64,000 nucleotides of DNA from the human T2T-CHM13v2.0 reference genome, Homo sapiens (GCF_009914755.1 NC_060938.1), one strand, 5' to 3'. Positions 42,791-56,977 are shown, counted from the first letter of the stretch. Notes: generated by a model not told the origin, from the letters alone. Numbers and translations: made by a program.

Positions 42791-43754
42791 CACAATTTTT
42801 AAGATACTTCATATTTATACGTACATTATATATACAAAACACATACAAGGAACAATTTAATTTATCCAGCATCAAAGATATTTCCTATAAAATTATTTTG
42901 TAGAAATACAATCTAAACTTTTAAGCTTGGAGTGTTATTGAGTTTTACAACTTTTGTGGAAAAGCTTTAACAAATACATTGATTGCTCTTTTACATCTCT
43001 ATAAATTGTGGATAATAAAATATATGTTTATTTAAATTTTTTATCCTCAGGGTCATCAGTTTTTGTAGACAGCAGTAACTTAAGTCATGTATTTAGAGAT
43101 ATTGACTGTCTGTTTGGCCTTACTCTAGGGGGACTTGGACTATTATGCCTTTTTATTTTAACTTGAATTATTAGATGGCTCAATGGCTATGGCTTTTTGT
43201 TGTCAGTGTACCTGCTTGCTGGGATGCTTCATTGTCATGTGTATAACTGATGGCTTGGATTTTTTTATTACACAGAAACATGATTTCACCTGGTATCTTA
43301 AAATTGCACATAATATTTATATTAACTAGCTCTGCATTGAGTGTCTAAACTTCTCTTAAATGAAACTATTCTAGTTCAAGGTATGCAAGGCCATTTTCAC
43401 ATTCATTTTAAGTGCTCATTCAATTATTCATTCAAAAATATTTAATGGGCAATTACTATGTGAAAGAAACATTCTCAGGGACTGAGGAGTCAGCAGTGGA
43501 TAAAAAGAGCAGTGGTCCATGCCCCTAGAAGTTCAAATTCTATTGGGAGAAAGAGACGAAGAAAATATTTTATTAAAAAATAAAACATATTGTGTTTAAT
43601 ACTGACAAATACTATAAAGAAAATTGCATAATAAGGAAGAATAGGAAATTCCAGGGGGACCTGGGATATGCAATTTTAGATGAAGTGATTAGAGAAGGCC
43701 AGACTGAAGGATATCTGAATAAAGAGCTGAATAAAGGTATGCTGGAATGAGTGT

Positions 43755-44209
43755 GTCTTTCCTTAGTTACACTTCTCAGCCCTCTTTTGCTCTGCTGTAT
43801 ATGCAAGGCATTCTGATCTAGACCAGCAGCATCTAGCTAGGTTTGGCTAAAGGAGAGCATTGAAAACTAAGGGGAAGAAAGAAGCCAGAGTGTTCCCTTT
43901 TGCCCACCTATGTTTTGGGCAGTGCCTCTAGCATTGTTTTGCCTCTGGCTCTTTTACTGAATGGGGTAACTGTGGTTCCAACATTTTCTTCTTGACCCCA
44001 GATCTTACAGTCTGATAATATTGTCTCTTTCTTTTGGCAATGAAAGAAAGAGGTAGATAGCTCCCTACTGTTTTAAATTCATGTGTATTTAGTATTCCCA
44101 GCAGGAGATAGCAAATACCATGTGTTAAATCTGCTATTTCCAAATATTTAAAATGCCTGTTTTAAATACTTAAAAATTGTGAATCAATATTTGGAACTTG
44201 ACTAGTACA
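43755..44209 (-). mobile_element. Old ERVL LTR (LTR16/LTR33-like)
   Basis: ctcagccctcttttgctctgctgtat...ctagctaggtttggctaaaggagagcattg...gaagaaagaagccagagtgttccc...acttgactagtaca. Confidence 0.6.
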
Positions 44210-44551
44210 GAAGGTGAAAGAGCAAAACTCACATTCATCTAGGTAAAGATCATCATGGACCATGGAAACATCAAGTCTGACAGTCTGGGGGAAACTGCCT
44301 GGAGTATTCAGGACACAGTGAAAGGACAGTGTGGCTGCCATCGAGAAGGAAAAATTGAGTCCAGAGATGGTAGTAGATGGGTCAGAGAAATCAGCTAAAT
44401 CTGACTTCAGCTTTTACTCTAAAAAAGAAGGGAAGTTATTGAAGACTTCTTAACTGAGAAGTGAGTGATCTAACTTTTGTTTTATTGTAACCATTCTTCC
44501 TGAAAAGGACAATGAAAGAAGAAATAAGACAGGTTTAGAAGGTATTAAACT

Positions 44552-47500
44552 TTGATTTTGTATCCAGAGATTTTGCTGAAGTTGCTCATCAGCTTAAGGA
44601 GATTTGGGGCTGAGATGATGGGTTTTCGAAGTATCATGTCATGTGCAAACAGGACAATTTGACTTTCTCTCTTCCTATTTGAATACACTTTATTTATTTC
44701 TCTTGCCTGATTGCCCTGGACAGAATTTCCGATACTATGTTGAATGGAACTGGTGAGAGAGGCCATTCTTGTCTTGTGCCAGTTTACAAAGGGAATGCTT
44801 CCAGTTTTTTCCCATTCAGTATGATATTGGCTGTGGGTTTGTCATATAGCCTTATTATTTTGAGATACATTCCACTGATACCTAGTTTATTGAGAGTTTT
44901 TAGCATGAAGGGGTGTTAAATTTTGTCGAAGGCCTTTTCTGCATATATTGAGATAATCTTGTGGTTTTTGTCATTGGTTCTGTTTATGTCATGGATTACA
45001 TTTATGGATTTGCACATGTTGAACCAGCCTTGCATCCCAGGGATGAAGCCAACTTGATTGAGGTGGATAAGCTTTTTGATGTGCTGCTGGATTCGGTTTG
45101 CCAGTATTTTTATTGAGGATTTTCGCATCGATGTTTATCAGGGATATTGGCTTCAAATTTTCTTCTTTTGTTGTGTCTATGCCAGGTTTTGGTATCAGGA
45201 TGATGCTGACCTCATAAAGTGAGTTAGGGAGGATTCTCTCTTTTTCTATTGTTTGGAAGAGTTTCAGAAGTATTGGTACCAGCTCCTCTTTGCCCCTCTG
45301 GTAGGATTCAGCTGTGAATCCATCGGGTCCTGGAATTTTTATGGTTGGTAGGCTATTAAATACTGCCTCAATTTCAGAACTTGTTATTGCTCTATTCAGG
45401 GATTCGACGTCTTCCTGGTTTAGACTTGGAAGGGTGTATGTGTCCAGGAATTTATCCATTTCTTGTAGATTTTCTAGTTTATTTGTGTAGAGGTGTTTAT
45501 AGTATTCTCTGATGGTAGTTTGTATTTCTGTGGGATCGGTGGTGGTATCCCCTTTATCATTTTTTATTGTGTCTATTTGATTATTCTCTCTTTTCTTCTT
45601 TATTAGTCTTGCTAGCGGTCTATGAAGTTTGTTGATCTTTTCAAAAAACCAGCTACTGGATTCGTTGATTTTTTGAAGGGTTTTTTGTATCTCTATCTCC
45701 TTCAGTTCTGCTCTGATCTTAGTTATTTCTTGCCTTCTGCTAGCTTTTGAAAAATCACAAGCATTCCTACACATCAATAATAGATCAACAGAGAGCCAAA
45801 TCATGATTGAACTCCCATTCACAATTGCTACAAATAGAATAAAATACCTAGGAATACAACTTACAAGGGATGTGAAGGACCTCTTCAAGGAGAACTACAA
45901 ACCACTGCTCAAGGAATTAAGAGAGGATACAAACAAATGGAAAAACATTCCATGTTCATGGATAGGAATAATCAATATTGTGAAAATGGCCATACTGCCC
46001 AAAGGAATTTATAGATTCAATGCTGGCCCCATTAAGCTATCATTGACTTTCTTCACAGAATTAGAAAAAAGCTACTTTAAATTTCATTTGTAACCAAAAA
46101 AGAGCCCACATAGCCAAGACGATCCTAAGCCAAAAGAACAAAGCTGGAGGCATCATGCTACCTGAGTTCAAACTATACTACAAGGCTACAGTAACCAAAA
46201 CAGCATTGTACTGGTACCAAAACAGATACATAGAGCAAAGAAACAGAACAGAAGCCTCAGAAATAACACCACACATCTACAACCTGATCTTTGACAAACC
46301 TGACAAAAACAAGCAATGGGGAAAGGATTCCCTATTTAATAAATAGTGTTGGGAAAACTGTCTAGCCATATACAGAAAACTGAAACTGGACCCCTTCCTT
46401 ACACCTTATACAAAAATTAACTCAAGTTGGATTAAAGATTTTAACATAAGACCTAAAGCCATAAAAACTCTAGAAGAAAACCTAGGCAATACCATTCAGG
46501 ACATAGGCATGGGCAAAGATTTCATGACCAAAATACCAAAAGCAATGGCAACAAAAGCCAAAATTGACAAATGGGATCTAATTAAACTAAAGAGCTTCTA
46601 CACAGCAAAAGAAACTATCATCAGAGTGAACAGTCAACCTAGAGAATGGGAGAAAATGTTTGCAATTTATCCATCTGACAAACAGCTAATATCCAAAATC
46701 TACAAAGAACTCAAACAAATTTACAAGAAAAAGACAAAGAACCCCATTAAAAACTGGGCAAAGGATATAAATGAACACTTCTCAAAAGAAGGCATGTATG
46801 CGGCCAACAAACATATGAAAAAAATGCTCATCATCACTGGTCATTAGAGAAATGCAAATCAAAACCACAATGAGATGTCGTCTCACACCAGTTAGAATGG
46901 TGATCATTAAAATGTTAGGAAACAACAGATGCTGGAGAGGATGTAGAGAAATAGGAAGGCTTTTACATTGTTGGTGGGAGTGTAAATTAGTTCAACCATT
47001 GTGGAAGACAGTGTGGCAATTCCTCAAGGATCTAGAACCAGAAATACTATTTGACCCAGCAATCCCATTACTGGGTGTATACCCAAAGGAATATAAATCA
47101 TTCTAGTATAAAGACACATTCACACGTATGTTTATTGCGGCACTCTTCACAATAGCAAAGACCTGGAACCAACACAAACGCCCATCAATGATAGACTGGA
47201 TAAAGAAAATGTGGCACATATGCACCACAGAATACTATGCAGCCACAAAAAGGATGAGTTCAAGTCATTTGCAGGGACATGGATGAAGCTGGAAACTATA
47301 ATTCTCAGCAAACTAACACAAACACAGAAAACTAAACACTGCACAATCTCACTCATACGTGTGAGCTAAACAATGACAACACATGGACACAGGGAGGGGA
47401 ACATCACACACCGGCACCTATTGGGGGTGGGTGTCTGCGGGAGGGATAGCATTAGGAAAAATACTTAATATAGATGACAGGTTGATAGGTGAAGCAAACC

Positions 47501-47603
47501 ACCATGGCACATGTATACCTATGCAACAAACCTGCATGTTCTGCACATGTACCCCAAAACTTAAAGTATAATAAAAAAATTATGTGATAAAAATGGAAAA
47601 AAG
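44552..47603 (+). mobile_element. L1PA7-like twin-primed insertion: inverted 44552-45749 (-), sense 45750-47580
   Basis: Inverted piece ends at ...ggatacaaaatcaa and the sense piece starts aaaaatcacaagc, adjacent in L1; TSD gaaggt(a/t)ttaaact at 44538-44551 / 47604-47617. Confidence 0.95.
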
Positions 47604-47879
47604 GAAGGTTTTAAACTATTTTGGTAAAAAATGATTGTGTCAGGGAAATAATGGTGGTAGTGAGGAGTGCTCAAATCATGGGCAGACTGAGGGCCAAGCC
47701 AATGGGATGTGAAGAAGGATTGCATATGTTAAATGAGAATGGGTATGTTAAGTTGCAAAAGCATATTACACATTTATGTTGGGATGTAAGGTATATGAGA
47801 ATATGAGTTATATGAGCATGAACTCAAGTGAAAAGATCTGCCCTACAGACATAAATTTGGAAATCACATAGAAATAGTA

Positions 47880-47934
47880 TTACGTTGCTGCAAATGTAAT
47901 TGTGGTTTTCGCCATTACATTTGCACCAACCTAA
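47880..47934. mobile_element. Internally deleted MADE1 (Hsmar1 MITE)
   Basis: ttacgttgctgcaaatgtaattgtggttttcgccattacatttgcaccaacctaa: Hsmar1-type terminal inverted repeats, TA on the left. Confidence 0.9.
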
Positions 47935-49149
47935 TCTTTTTTAAAGTCATGGAACTTAATGACATCACTGGTGATGACTCTCATTTGTACAGTTTTGAGG
48001 TAGCTGAGTTTCTCAATAAATAAAGATTATATCATCTATAGTTTAATAATATAAAAATACATTAATTCCTTTTAAACAAAATTATAGAACCTTACATTTT
48101 AAATGTGCTCGTTAAATATTCACAATGAGGAGTCATGCATTTATTCCAAGTATTCTGAACATGTCTTTTAAGCAGTTGTTTGTATTATTTAAGTCTCTGT
48201 TATCAATCCAGCTCACATTAAGCAAGGACTTTACAAGATAGGCATGGTGCCAAACAGAGCCCCAGGAAAGCACTATTGGGGCTTGAACACTGCCAGGGCT
48301 CACCTTTGTTTCTTGCCTCAGAGTCTCCATGTGTGTCTGCTGTATTTCTCCCTTTCACTGCAGGCCAGCTTTTTCCACATGGCAGAAAGTGTATTTGCCG
48401 ACACTCTTCACCTTTACATCTATGGTTTCTGTGATTCAGAGAAAAAAACATGTCTCACAAAAGCAAGGAAGAGGCAAAGTGCCAGGGAAAAAAAAAATCT
48501 GTATATTCAGCATAGTGTTCAAAAACAATTTAACAGTCTTAAGAAAATATATCTTTTTCAGGTTCTTCATACATTGTTTATACTGAAAATGAAATTATTA
48601 GTTTATCATTTAAAACCTGTAATGATAAAAATAATGGAAGCATTAGAAATTTTCTTTTTATCCAATGTTTTAATAATTCTTTGGACTTTTCCCCAGATCT
48701 AATAAAGAGTATTAAGATTGGTGTAACAATTCATCTGCTGGGTATTTGATAAATATACAACAATAAGGGTTAGCATTGATGATGTTTAGAAGATAGGGTG
48801 ATATTCACTTTTCAAGAAAATAGTATTTATTTTGAAGCCCAATGCTCCATGTCACATTTTAAGATTACTTAGACAAGTATAGACAAAAGATGACCTTGAA
48901 GCTATGGAATATGATGAATTTACCACAGTACATTGAGATAATACATTATTCAATACTGCATGTGAAAATAGATCTGCAAAATAAGAAAGAGATACATTTC
49001 TGTCATTCATTTACTCAATAGGCATTTATTGAGCTGTCTCTTCTGTTCAAAGTATAGCAGTATACCTGTTCTAGAGAAAGAAAAAAAAACTGAAACAATG
49101 GCATATTTGTGTAACTCTAAATATTGCAAGGAAAAGGAGGCCAGTGCAA

Positions 49150-49865
49150 TTCATTAATCAATCAGATCTATCCAGAATTACTCCCACCACCACCTCAAAT
49201 AGTCTAACCCCCAGCATTTCTCATGACAACGAATGCAGAAAACAGACACAGCCTTGTTCCTGGTCTTTCCATAATGGCGATCGATCACACAGAACTCAAA
49301 GCCACCTTTATAAAATACAAATCTGATCCAGCCACTCTCCGGGTCTCAACTCTCTAATTATTTCCACTCACCCTTAGAATAAAATACAGAATTCTTACCT
49401 TGGTGTACACTATCTGATCTCATGCTCACTCTCAGAATCATCTCATTTTCCTACTACTCTTTCTCCCTCTTCCTATGATCCATTCTTTGGTCATTTTGCT
49501 TTTCATTACTATTCCAAGCTTGGGGCAACCTAAAGCGTAGAGACTTGCTCTTCTTTCTCCCTGTAATTCTCTTCCTCCACATATCTGCATGGGTCATTCC
49601 TATACAGTATTCAGGTCTCTGTTCAGAGGCCACCTTCTCAAAGCTCATTCTAAACCTTCAAATCCCTATCACTTGGTGTACTTTAATTTTCTTCATACCA
49701 TACACCTCTAATTGGCAATACAGTGTATACTTATTTAGTTGTTTAATATTTTTATCTAAAACCTATGTATGAATTTCTGGGAAGAAGAGATTTTGACTGT
49801 TTGCTCTATTTCAGGGCATAGAAACGCTTGGCACATAGGTGATATACAATAAATTATTCTTTAAT
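49150..49865 (+). mobile_element. L2a-like 3' region
   Basis: tttataaaatacaaatctgatc...cttagaataaaatacagaattcttacc...cttggcacataggtgatatacaataaatt. Confidence 0.75.
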
Positions 49866-51409
49866 TCACTACTTTATTAAATGTACCTATGCATACTTCA
49901 TGTAAATAGACATGAATCCCACTGACACCACTTTCTAGCTCTGAGACCTTGATCAAATAAGATAACATTCAGTAGCAAAATGATGATAATAATGACATTT
50001 ATTTTACTTCATATGTAAAGTCCTTATAATATTGCCTAGAACATTTGAATATTTATTGAAGGATATCACGATAATTTTAATTATTATATGTCATTGTTTA
50101 CATTATAAAAATGTGTTGTTGCATTAATGTAAGGTGAAATGCATGTATATAAAATATGTATAAATATAATGTCCTCATTACCCTATCAGTATTACATTCC
50201 AGACAGAAATGATGTTTTATGGGAAGGCAAAAGTCTGTATTACACAAAAGTTTTACATATAATGACCACAGAGCAATTTTTAAAAATACTACTAGATTTA
50301 TTCTTTTTTTACAAACTGTAGTTCAAATTCCCACCTAAATCTTAGTACATATCAAAAGATAGTTTCATATTTAATTTTAATTTTAACTTTAATTTAATTT
50401 TAATTTTAATTCATATTGACTTTCTCTAGTAACAATTATTCTTAAATTGCATAACTCTTCTTTCATCTTTTGCTTATCTTCAACATCCAGAGAAATAAAT
50501 AAAAATGGACAATATTTAAAATAAAATAAAATAAAGTTAAATGTCAATAAGTTTTCTTTTTAAGTTATCTATGGCAGAATAAATCTAAATGGGATTGACC
50601 TATTTTGTGCTTGTTGCCCTTAAGGGAAAAAAGATAAAAGACATTAGAGTGTGTCATGTCAGTGTGTGTCTTCAAATCAGTGCACATCAGTCTAACCTCC
50701 CACACCTTTCTATGTACAGTTCTCTAAATGGTAACTTATCTTCCAGTGATGGCTTTTTGCACTGTGTTTGAAGTTCTTTTGACGTGTTACTGTATTATTT
50801 CATATGGATCCATCTATGGCATCACATCTATGGAACCACATTAAGAAAAGGTTCTTTTTTCTTCTGCAACAACAACAAAAAAACAGAGTTCAAACATTTA
50901 TTCACAAGGTTTTGCACTGACCTGGCAATAATACTCAAAGGACTGACTTATTTTGCTTAGACCAATTTTTTCTGGCACACAGACAAATGTTAAAGTGAAA
51001 CGCTAAAAAATAGTATGAGTATACTGTGAAAAGGCAGCACAAACAACATCCATATCATTGGTCAATAAAATCTTTGCTGCTTTGCTGATGGGAAAATATT
51101 TTTAATACTTAAATTTTTTCAAGATTAACAAACATAGCTCATGTCCCAGTATTTCCAGTGTGCAGATTACCAGGCACAGTTATAGTGGTATCAGATATGG
51201 ATTTCCTTCTCATGAATTTTAGTGAGATATGGACAAGATCTTACAAAAGTTGACACCATCAGGGGAATAATTCATCTTAAAGGATGGAGAAGGATATTAC
51301 CTATGCCCTGTAATACCTACTAGAGAGCCACCAAGAATGTTGGAAGGATTTCTTATCACTAAACACATCACTAGCTATTTAAACTGAAATAACTATTGCT
51401 TTTAAAAAA

Positions 51410-51630
51410 TAGTTATCTTTTTATTTTACCATTTTACTATGTGCCAGATAAGTGACTATCTTCAGTTTGATTTACACATTATATTTAATTGCCTTAACAA
51501 CAATGTTCAATACTTCCATTTACAATTGTCGAAACTGAAGTTCATGGAGCTTATTTATGTTGCTTATGTGGTGAATAGAATTTATGGTAAGGTGCATCTA
51601 GTTCCAAGGCCATGATTTTTATGACTTAAG
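51410..51630 (-). mobile_element. MIR
   Basis: ttactatgtgccag...ccatttacaattgtcgaaactgaagttcatggag. Confidence 0.6.
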
Positions 51631-52059
51631 TGTACTATCTATTGAAATAGCCTAAAATTTAAACTAATTTCTTTGTTGTGTTAATAATTTAAAATAATAA
51701 TATTTTAAATAAATTAGAATTATTTTCTGAGCATTATATCATCTGCTACTAGTGGGGGATGATTTATAGCAAAAGAGTTAATATTTGGAAGAATAAATAT
51801 AATAAAACTAAGAATGATTTCATTGTTTTATTGAAACAATTGGAGCCTGTTTCATAAGAAGTCCAAATAGAGTGGGACAGTACAGCATGAACAGACTGAC
51901 AGCGGCAAAGGTATTATGTGTTCAGGTGGATGAGACAGAACCAGAATTATTAAATGCTCCACACTAGAACCACCTGCTATGAATTGTTAAACTGTACCAC
52001 TGAAGATTCAACAGAATTGTGAGAATTTCTTAAGTAAGATAGAATATGCAGGAGTCAAA

Positions 52060-52500
52060 TGAAAAATATATAGTCATGCAACCACATAAAACATGTTGAT
52101 TTATGTTTAATAAAAAAGAAAAATCTACATAAAGATAAATGTCAGAGACAATATTTACAACAATATGAAAAGAAAAACAACGGTTCTCTAACAAAGAGAT
52201 TCTAAAAATTGCAAAAGAATGAAAAATGACCTAGTAGAAAGACGAGCAAGTTATATTAATAGGCAATTCATCTCACCATTACTCAGAAAAGTGTAAATTA
52301 AAATAAGAATGAGATACTATCTGTATCCATCGGATTGGGAAATATGAAATGAGTTGTTAACATTCAACAGAGGAAAGGGTTGAGGAAACAACTGCTGTCA
52401 CGTGTTACTAGAAGAAATATAAATAGCTTCAACCTCTGGGGAAAATAATCTGGAAGTAGCTATCAAAATTGTATACGCATATAACCTTTAACCCAGGAGT
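52060..52500 (+). mobile_element. L1ME ORF2/3' fragment
   Basis: aataggcaattca...aaattaaaataagaatgagatactat...aacctctggggaaaataatctggaagtagctatcaaaatt. Confidence 0.65.
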
Positions 52501-54234
52501 CCTAGTCATCTCTTTTCTTTGTTTCTTTTTACTGTATCATCTTCTGCCACCTAGAGTTCCCAATTTTATCCAAGTTTTCCTACATTTGATCTTTCAACAC
52601 TGTAGACAACAGGAGAACAACAAGTTGGCTACAGTAATGTATTCAGAAAAATTGATTGTTTGGGGGCTCAGAGGCTGTAGATGATTTTGATTACACAGGC
52701 GGTATCATCAGCATGCCTAGGAGATTGTTTTCTACATGGTTTAGTTGTTTCAATGCAGGTGTAGAGAAGGCAGAGAGTTTGCTCACACATGGTATTTGTT
52801 TTGGTTTGGGTTGGTTTGATTTGGTTTAGCTTGGTTTCCCCAAGCAGAAATGAAAGGAGAGAAAGGTAAATGTTAATAGTAATGGTAAGAAAAAAATACA
52901 AAACAAATTATAGTATGTTAGCTAGAATCAGAGGAAACTAAAGGGAAAAAGATCCCATGAATAGGGAGAGAGTAGTTGGGATTGTGGGCTAAAAGTGCTC
53001 CTGAGGTTAAAGGACAAATTGTTGCAATTGTTGACCATGTACAATATAAGAATAAGAGATCATCATGTGTTAATTATTCCATAACTTCATGTTTTCAATG
53101 AAACATTATGAAAGGTCTGGGATTGTCATTGACAATCTCTGACCTGGTAATATGCCCTACAGATCTTACTAGCTCACCAGAATGGGGTTTGGAGCACAAA
53201 ACACCTTCTGTTTCCTGTGTAAAGTTTTCCAATGAGATTTATATAAAGAAGAAAAATAAAGAAAGAAAAATCGAGTTCTGGAGTATGATTATGAAAGTGA
53301 GTAGGGCAAGGTGGGCAAAACAATCATTAGAGGAGGGGTGATCAAGAAACCAAATTACCATGCTATTGAAAAGATTATTCACAAAAACATCAAAGTCCCT
53401 CAGAACTACAAAATTAGAGCGGGCAAGAAGATTGTGAAGCAAAAGTAAAAGACATCAAGGAATACATGAGTTTATCGAAGAGATCATTAGGCGTCAACAA
53501 CCAGTAGTAGATGTAAAGCCAAGTAATATAAGCCTTATTAAACAAAGTGTTTTATTCTCAATGAGATGGCGATATCTATCATACATTTGATATTACCTTG
53601 GTGGACCAGAGAATATGAGGTCATAAAGTTTTAAGCGCTATTATAGAGAAAAGTGAATGAGTACAGAAATTAAAATATAATCAGCACATAGAATTAAATG
53701 ATGACTTAGTTAGTGCTTGTTGAGCCTCAACTGATTTTCACTCTGTTCAGATAGCCTCATTGAAATAAGAAGTTACTACAAAATTGCTAGAAACCAAGGG
53801 AAAGAATGTGTAATATTTCTCAGAGGATCAGTTTATTTAAAATCTCCAGATACAGGAGATTTTACTTTATCAAGTAAAATCTTGATACAGATTTTGATTA
53901 ATCCAGATACAGATTTTGATTTGGATATGAACAATGAAGAGTTTCTAGAGAAGTTCCTGCACAGTGCTGGATTGTGGTTGTGGAAAGCTGAAGTAGTCAT
54001 ATTAAGGCCGCTTTGGATAAAAGAATTGTGTTCTTCATTGTGAATATCACAGTGGCAACAAACAAACAAAACAACTATCTTATACTTTCCTATCATTGTA
54101 CAATAATTACTCCCATCACACCTTGACAAATGAAATTTTAAAAGGGGATTTAGACACCATGTAGTTTAACTTTCTCACAATCCAGAGATTTTCCTAAAAT
54201 ATACCTATAAGTTTCATGTGACCAGTAACAGATT

Positions 54235-54318
54235 CTTCCTTGTTCGCTGCTATATTCTGATACATGTCAAAGTTCTTAGCACATTGTAGGCACTTAGTAC
54301 TTATTTGTTGAATGAACA
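54235..54318 (+). mobile_element. L2 3' terminus
   Basis: cttagcacattgtaggcacttagtacttatttgttgaatgaa. Confidence 0.65.
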
Positions 54319-56977
54319 CATTTCTAATGATGTTGCCTGTTTCAAGCAAGTCAGCTGCACAAGTGAACACTACCATTCTCCATAACTTGAAAGTGTATTT
54401 AGGCATGTTACTCCTATTTTGACTTCCAGAGTAGCTGGGAGTGCACACGGTTGAGGACACATTCATTGATCCTTGCAAAGAAACCTCAGGTAGCTATGTT
54501 CTAACTTTCAACCTGGTCCCCTCTCTCATTTGATGCCGAAGAGTGAGTAACTATACAGATAGGGAACTCATTCCCTCTTGATTCAGCCACTTCCACTAGC
54601 CTTTATATGAAGGCTAAATCTATTGCCCTTACCCACCTTCAAAATACTGCCAATATTTTTATGTAATAACATATAAAATTCCATTAATATTTTAATTTCC
54701 TAGTCAATGATAACCATAATGTCAGCTCCTAAAATTTTGATTCCACATTCTTTTCTTTTCATTCTTGAGATGTTAATATGTTGTATTCCTTTTTTGTTCT
54801 TCTGTTTCACCTTAAGCACACAAATTTGTATTCTGTGAGCATTTATTTCAGACTTGTTCCCATGTGTGTTTTAACATTTCATGTTGAAAGCTAAAAGTAA
54901 GATGTTCTCAAATTCATAATCCCCTAGAGATCTTTTGTTCTTGCCTGTACTTGATAAAGTAAAACTATGCTATTCAATCTAATTTCTTTCTCTAAAAGTT
55001 TTTCTAAGTGGCTATAATATTAATTTAAAGTTTCTTCAATAGATTTGGTCCTAAATAAATCACTGAAAACTCCATGAGTTTTTACTACAAACGACTTCCT
55101 CCAGAGAAAAAAGAGTACCATGACTACATTCTCTGTATATATAGCAACAGGCTGAGAACGATTCATGTTTAAAATTCAAGGAGTATGATTGAATTAGAAA
55201 TATCTATGTTAAAATTTTTTTCAGATGTGGATGTATTGGTTTCCTTTAATCTAATGCTTTTGTTTGTGTTTTTCACCATATATTTCTGTTTTAGAAAAAA
55301 AGTCCTTAAAATTAATCTCCAAAAGAAGTTTTTTGTCCACGGTTTATTTCATTTATTAAATGTGGAAAATGCCAACAAACCTCAATAAACTGATATACAA
55401 ACTGGACCAATATCTAAAACATTTTCTTCTATGTCTACAATTTTAATAACATGTTAGAAAGCAGATAAAAGAATTGAGAAATAATTTGATAACTTAAATG
55501 CAAGATTAATGATGATACTAAACAACTAAATATAAATATAGGAACTTGAAGACTATTATCATTCTTGGCTAGTTATTTATTTATGTTATTCACAAATATT
55601 TTTTCTTTACTACATGATTCATCATTCAATGAAATACAGTAGAAAGTAAATATGAGTATATACCTATTTGAGTTTCATTTTCATTATGTCCATGAAAATT
55701 TAAATGTTTCCTAATATAATTAGTCCTATAACTTATTAATCTAAACATTCTACTTCTATTTTTTCCTATTATATTTCATACTCAAAATACCAACAGTCAG
55801 TATGGAAAGGAAGGATTTCCCATACTACAGAGGCAAAAATAAAGATACAGCAGATGAAAAGTTTAACTTCATGCTTTTATCTCCTCTAAGACTAATATTG
55901 AACTAATATAATGCAAGATGAAAAGACATATCTTGATGTCTAAATTAATTCAGTATTGCCTAGCAGTTCTTTTCATAAGACTGGTGAAAAATGTTCCCTC
56001 TGGTAACTTTAAGTCAGTTTTTTGTAATTAGCATTTACTTGTGTTCTTAAAAATGAAATTGGCTTCTTTTTGTCTGCCAACACCAATTTTCAGCTCAGCA
56101 GCTAAAGAATAGGTCTTTTGTGTTAAAGCCAGCAGGTTTGATGTCATGTTGTAATAACTTATGGAAGTTATGTCATTATATTACCCGTGGTAATTAATTT
56201 AATTTTGTCTAAATTTAATATTTGTTTATCCATGCATTCAAAATTATATTTGTACTGACTTATGACAAAGATATAAATGTTATGCTGAAAGGCCAAGGAT
56301 TACTTATTAGAAATAATATTTTCTTTGAAATAAAAAAGCAATCTTTTCTCAATCATTTTTCTAATATACTGTATATCTACGTACAAACTTCCTTCAAAAA
56401 ATGATAAAAATAAGTTACATGTTAATTTTAAATTTCTATACTATTTATTGACAACATAGCCATCATAAAAAATGCAACTGCATTTATTTCATCTCATTTT
56501 ACTTCCGTATTTTTAAGATAGGTAAGATAAATACCTATCTTATCTTACATAATAAGATAAACTTGATTTAAATATTCATTCTTTATCTATTTTATTATTA
56601 AATCCAGAATATCTGGTTAAGAATACTTATCTTTAACATATTGAGATATTTATCAAGTCATTTACCTTAAAGTTTCACTCAGAAATAAAAAAGAAACTGC
56701 AAAATTTTCCAGCTAAATTGTCATCTTTAGAGCATTCAGAATCCCTAAGGAATCAAATTACAAGAACTATCAAGTGTTGTATTTTTGTAGTCACCTCTCT
56801 GATAGGCATACAAAACTAACATGAGATGATAACTGCCCTCAGTGTCTAAAATTTAGTTGAGGAGAAAAATCAAAGAAAGTATGAATTAAAACTACACAAT
56901 TATGACAAAAATAGTTTCATAAAGGACAGTAAATAGGCACAAATTGTCTTGTTTTATTGAATGTTGGGCTTAGTATC

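Larger units (their letters stand above)
43415..47970 (-). mobile_element. L2 host element interrupted by an ERVL LTR, an L1PA7 and MADE1
   Basis: attcattcaaaaatatttaatgggcaattactatgtg (3' end); cttttactctaaaaaagaagggaagttattgaag; resumes after the L1 TSD and ends near acataaatttggaaatcac...aaagtcatggaacttaatgacatcac. Confidence 0.7.

Noticed and set aside
44989-45888. Longest ORF in the window (299 aa)
   Set aside because: L1 ORF2 linker region read across the inversion junction; not a host gene
48244-48702. 152-aa + strand ORF in mostly unique DNA
   Set aside because: No recognisable homology; AT-rich drift composition; consistent with chance
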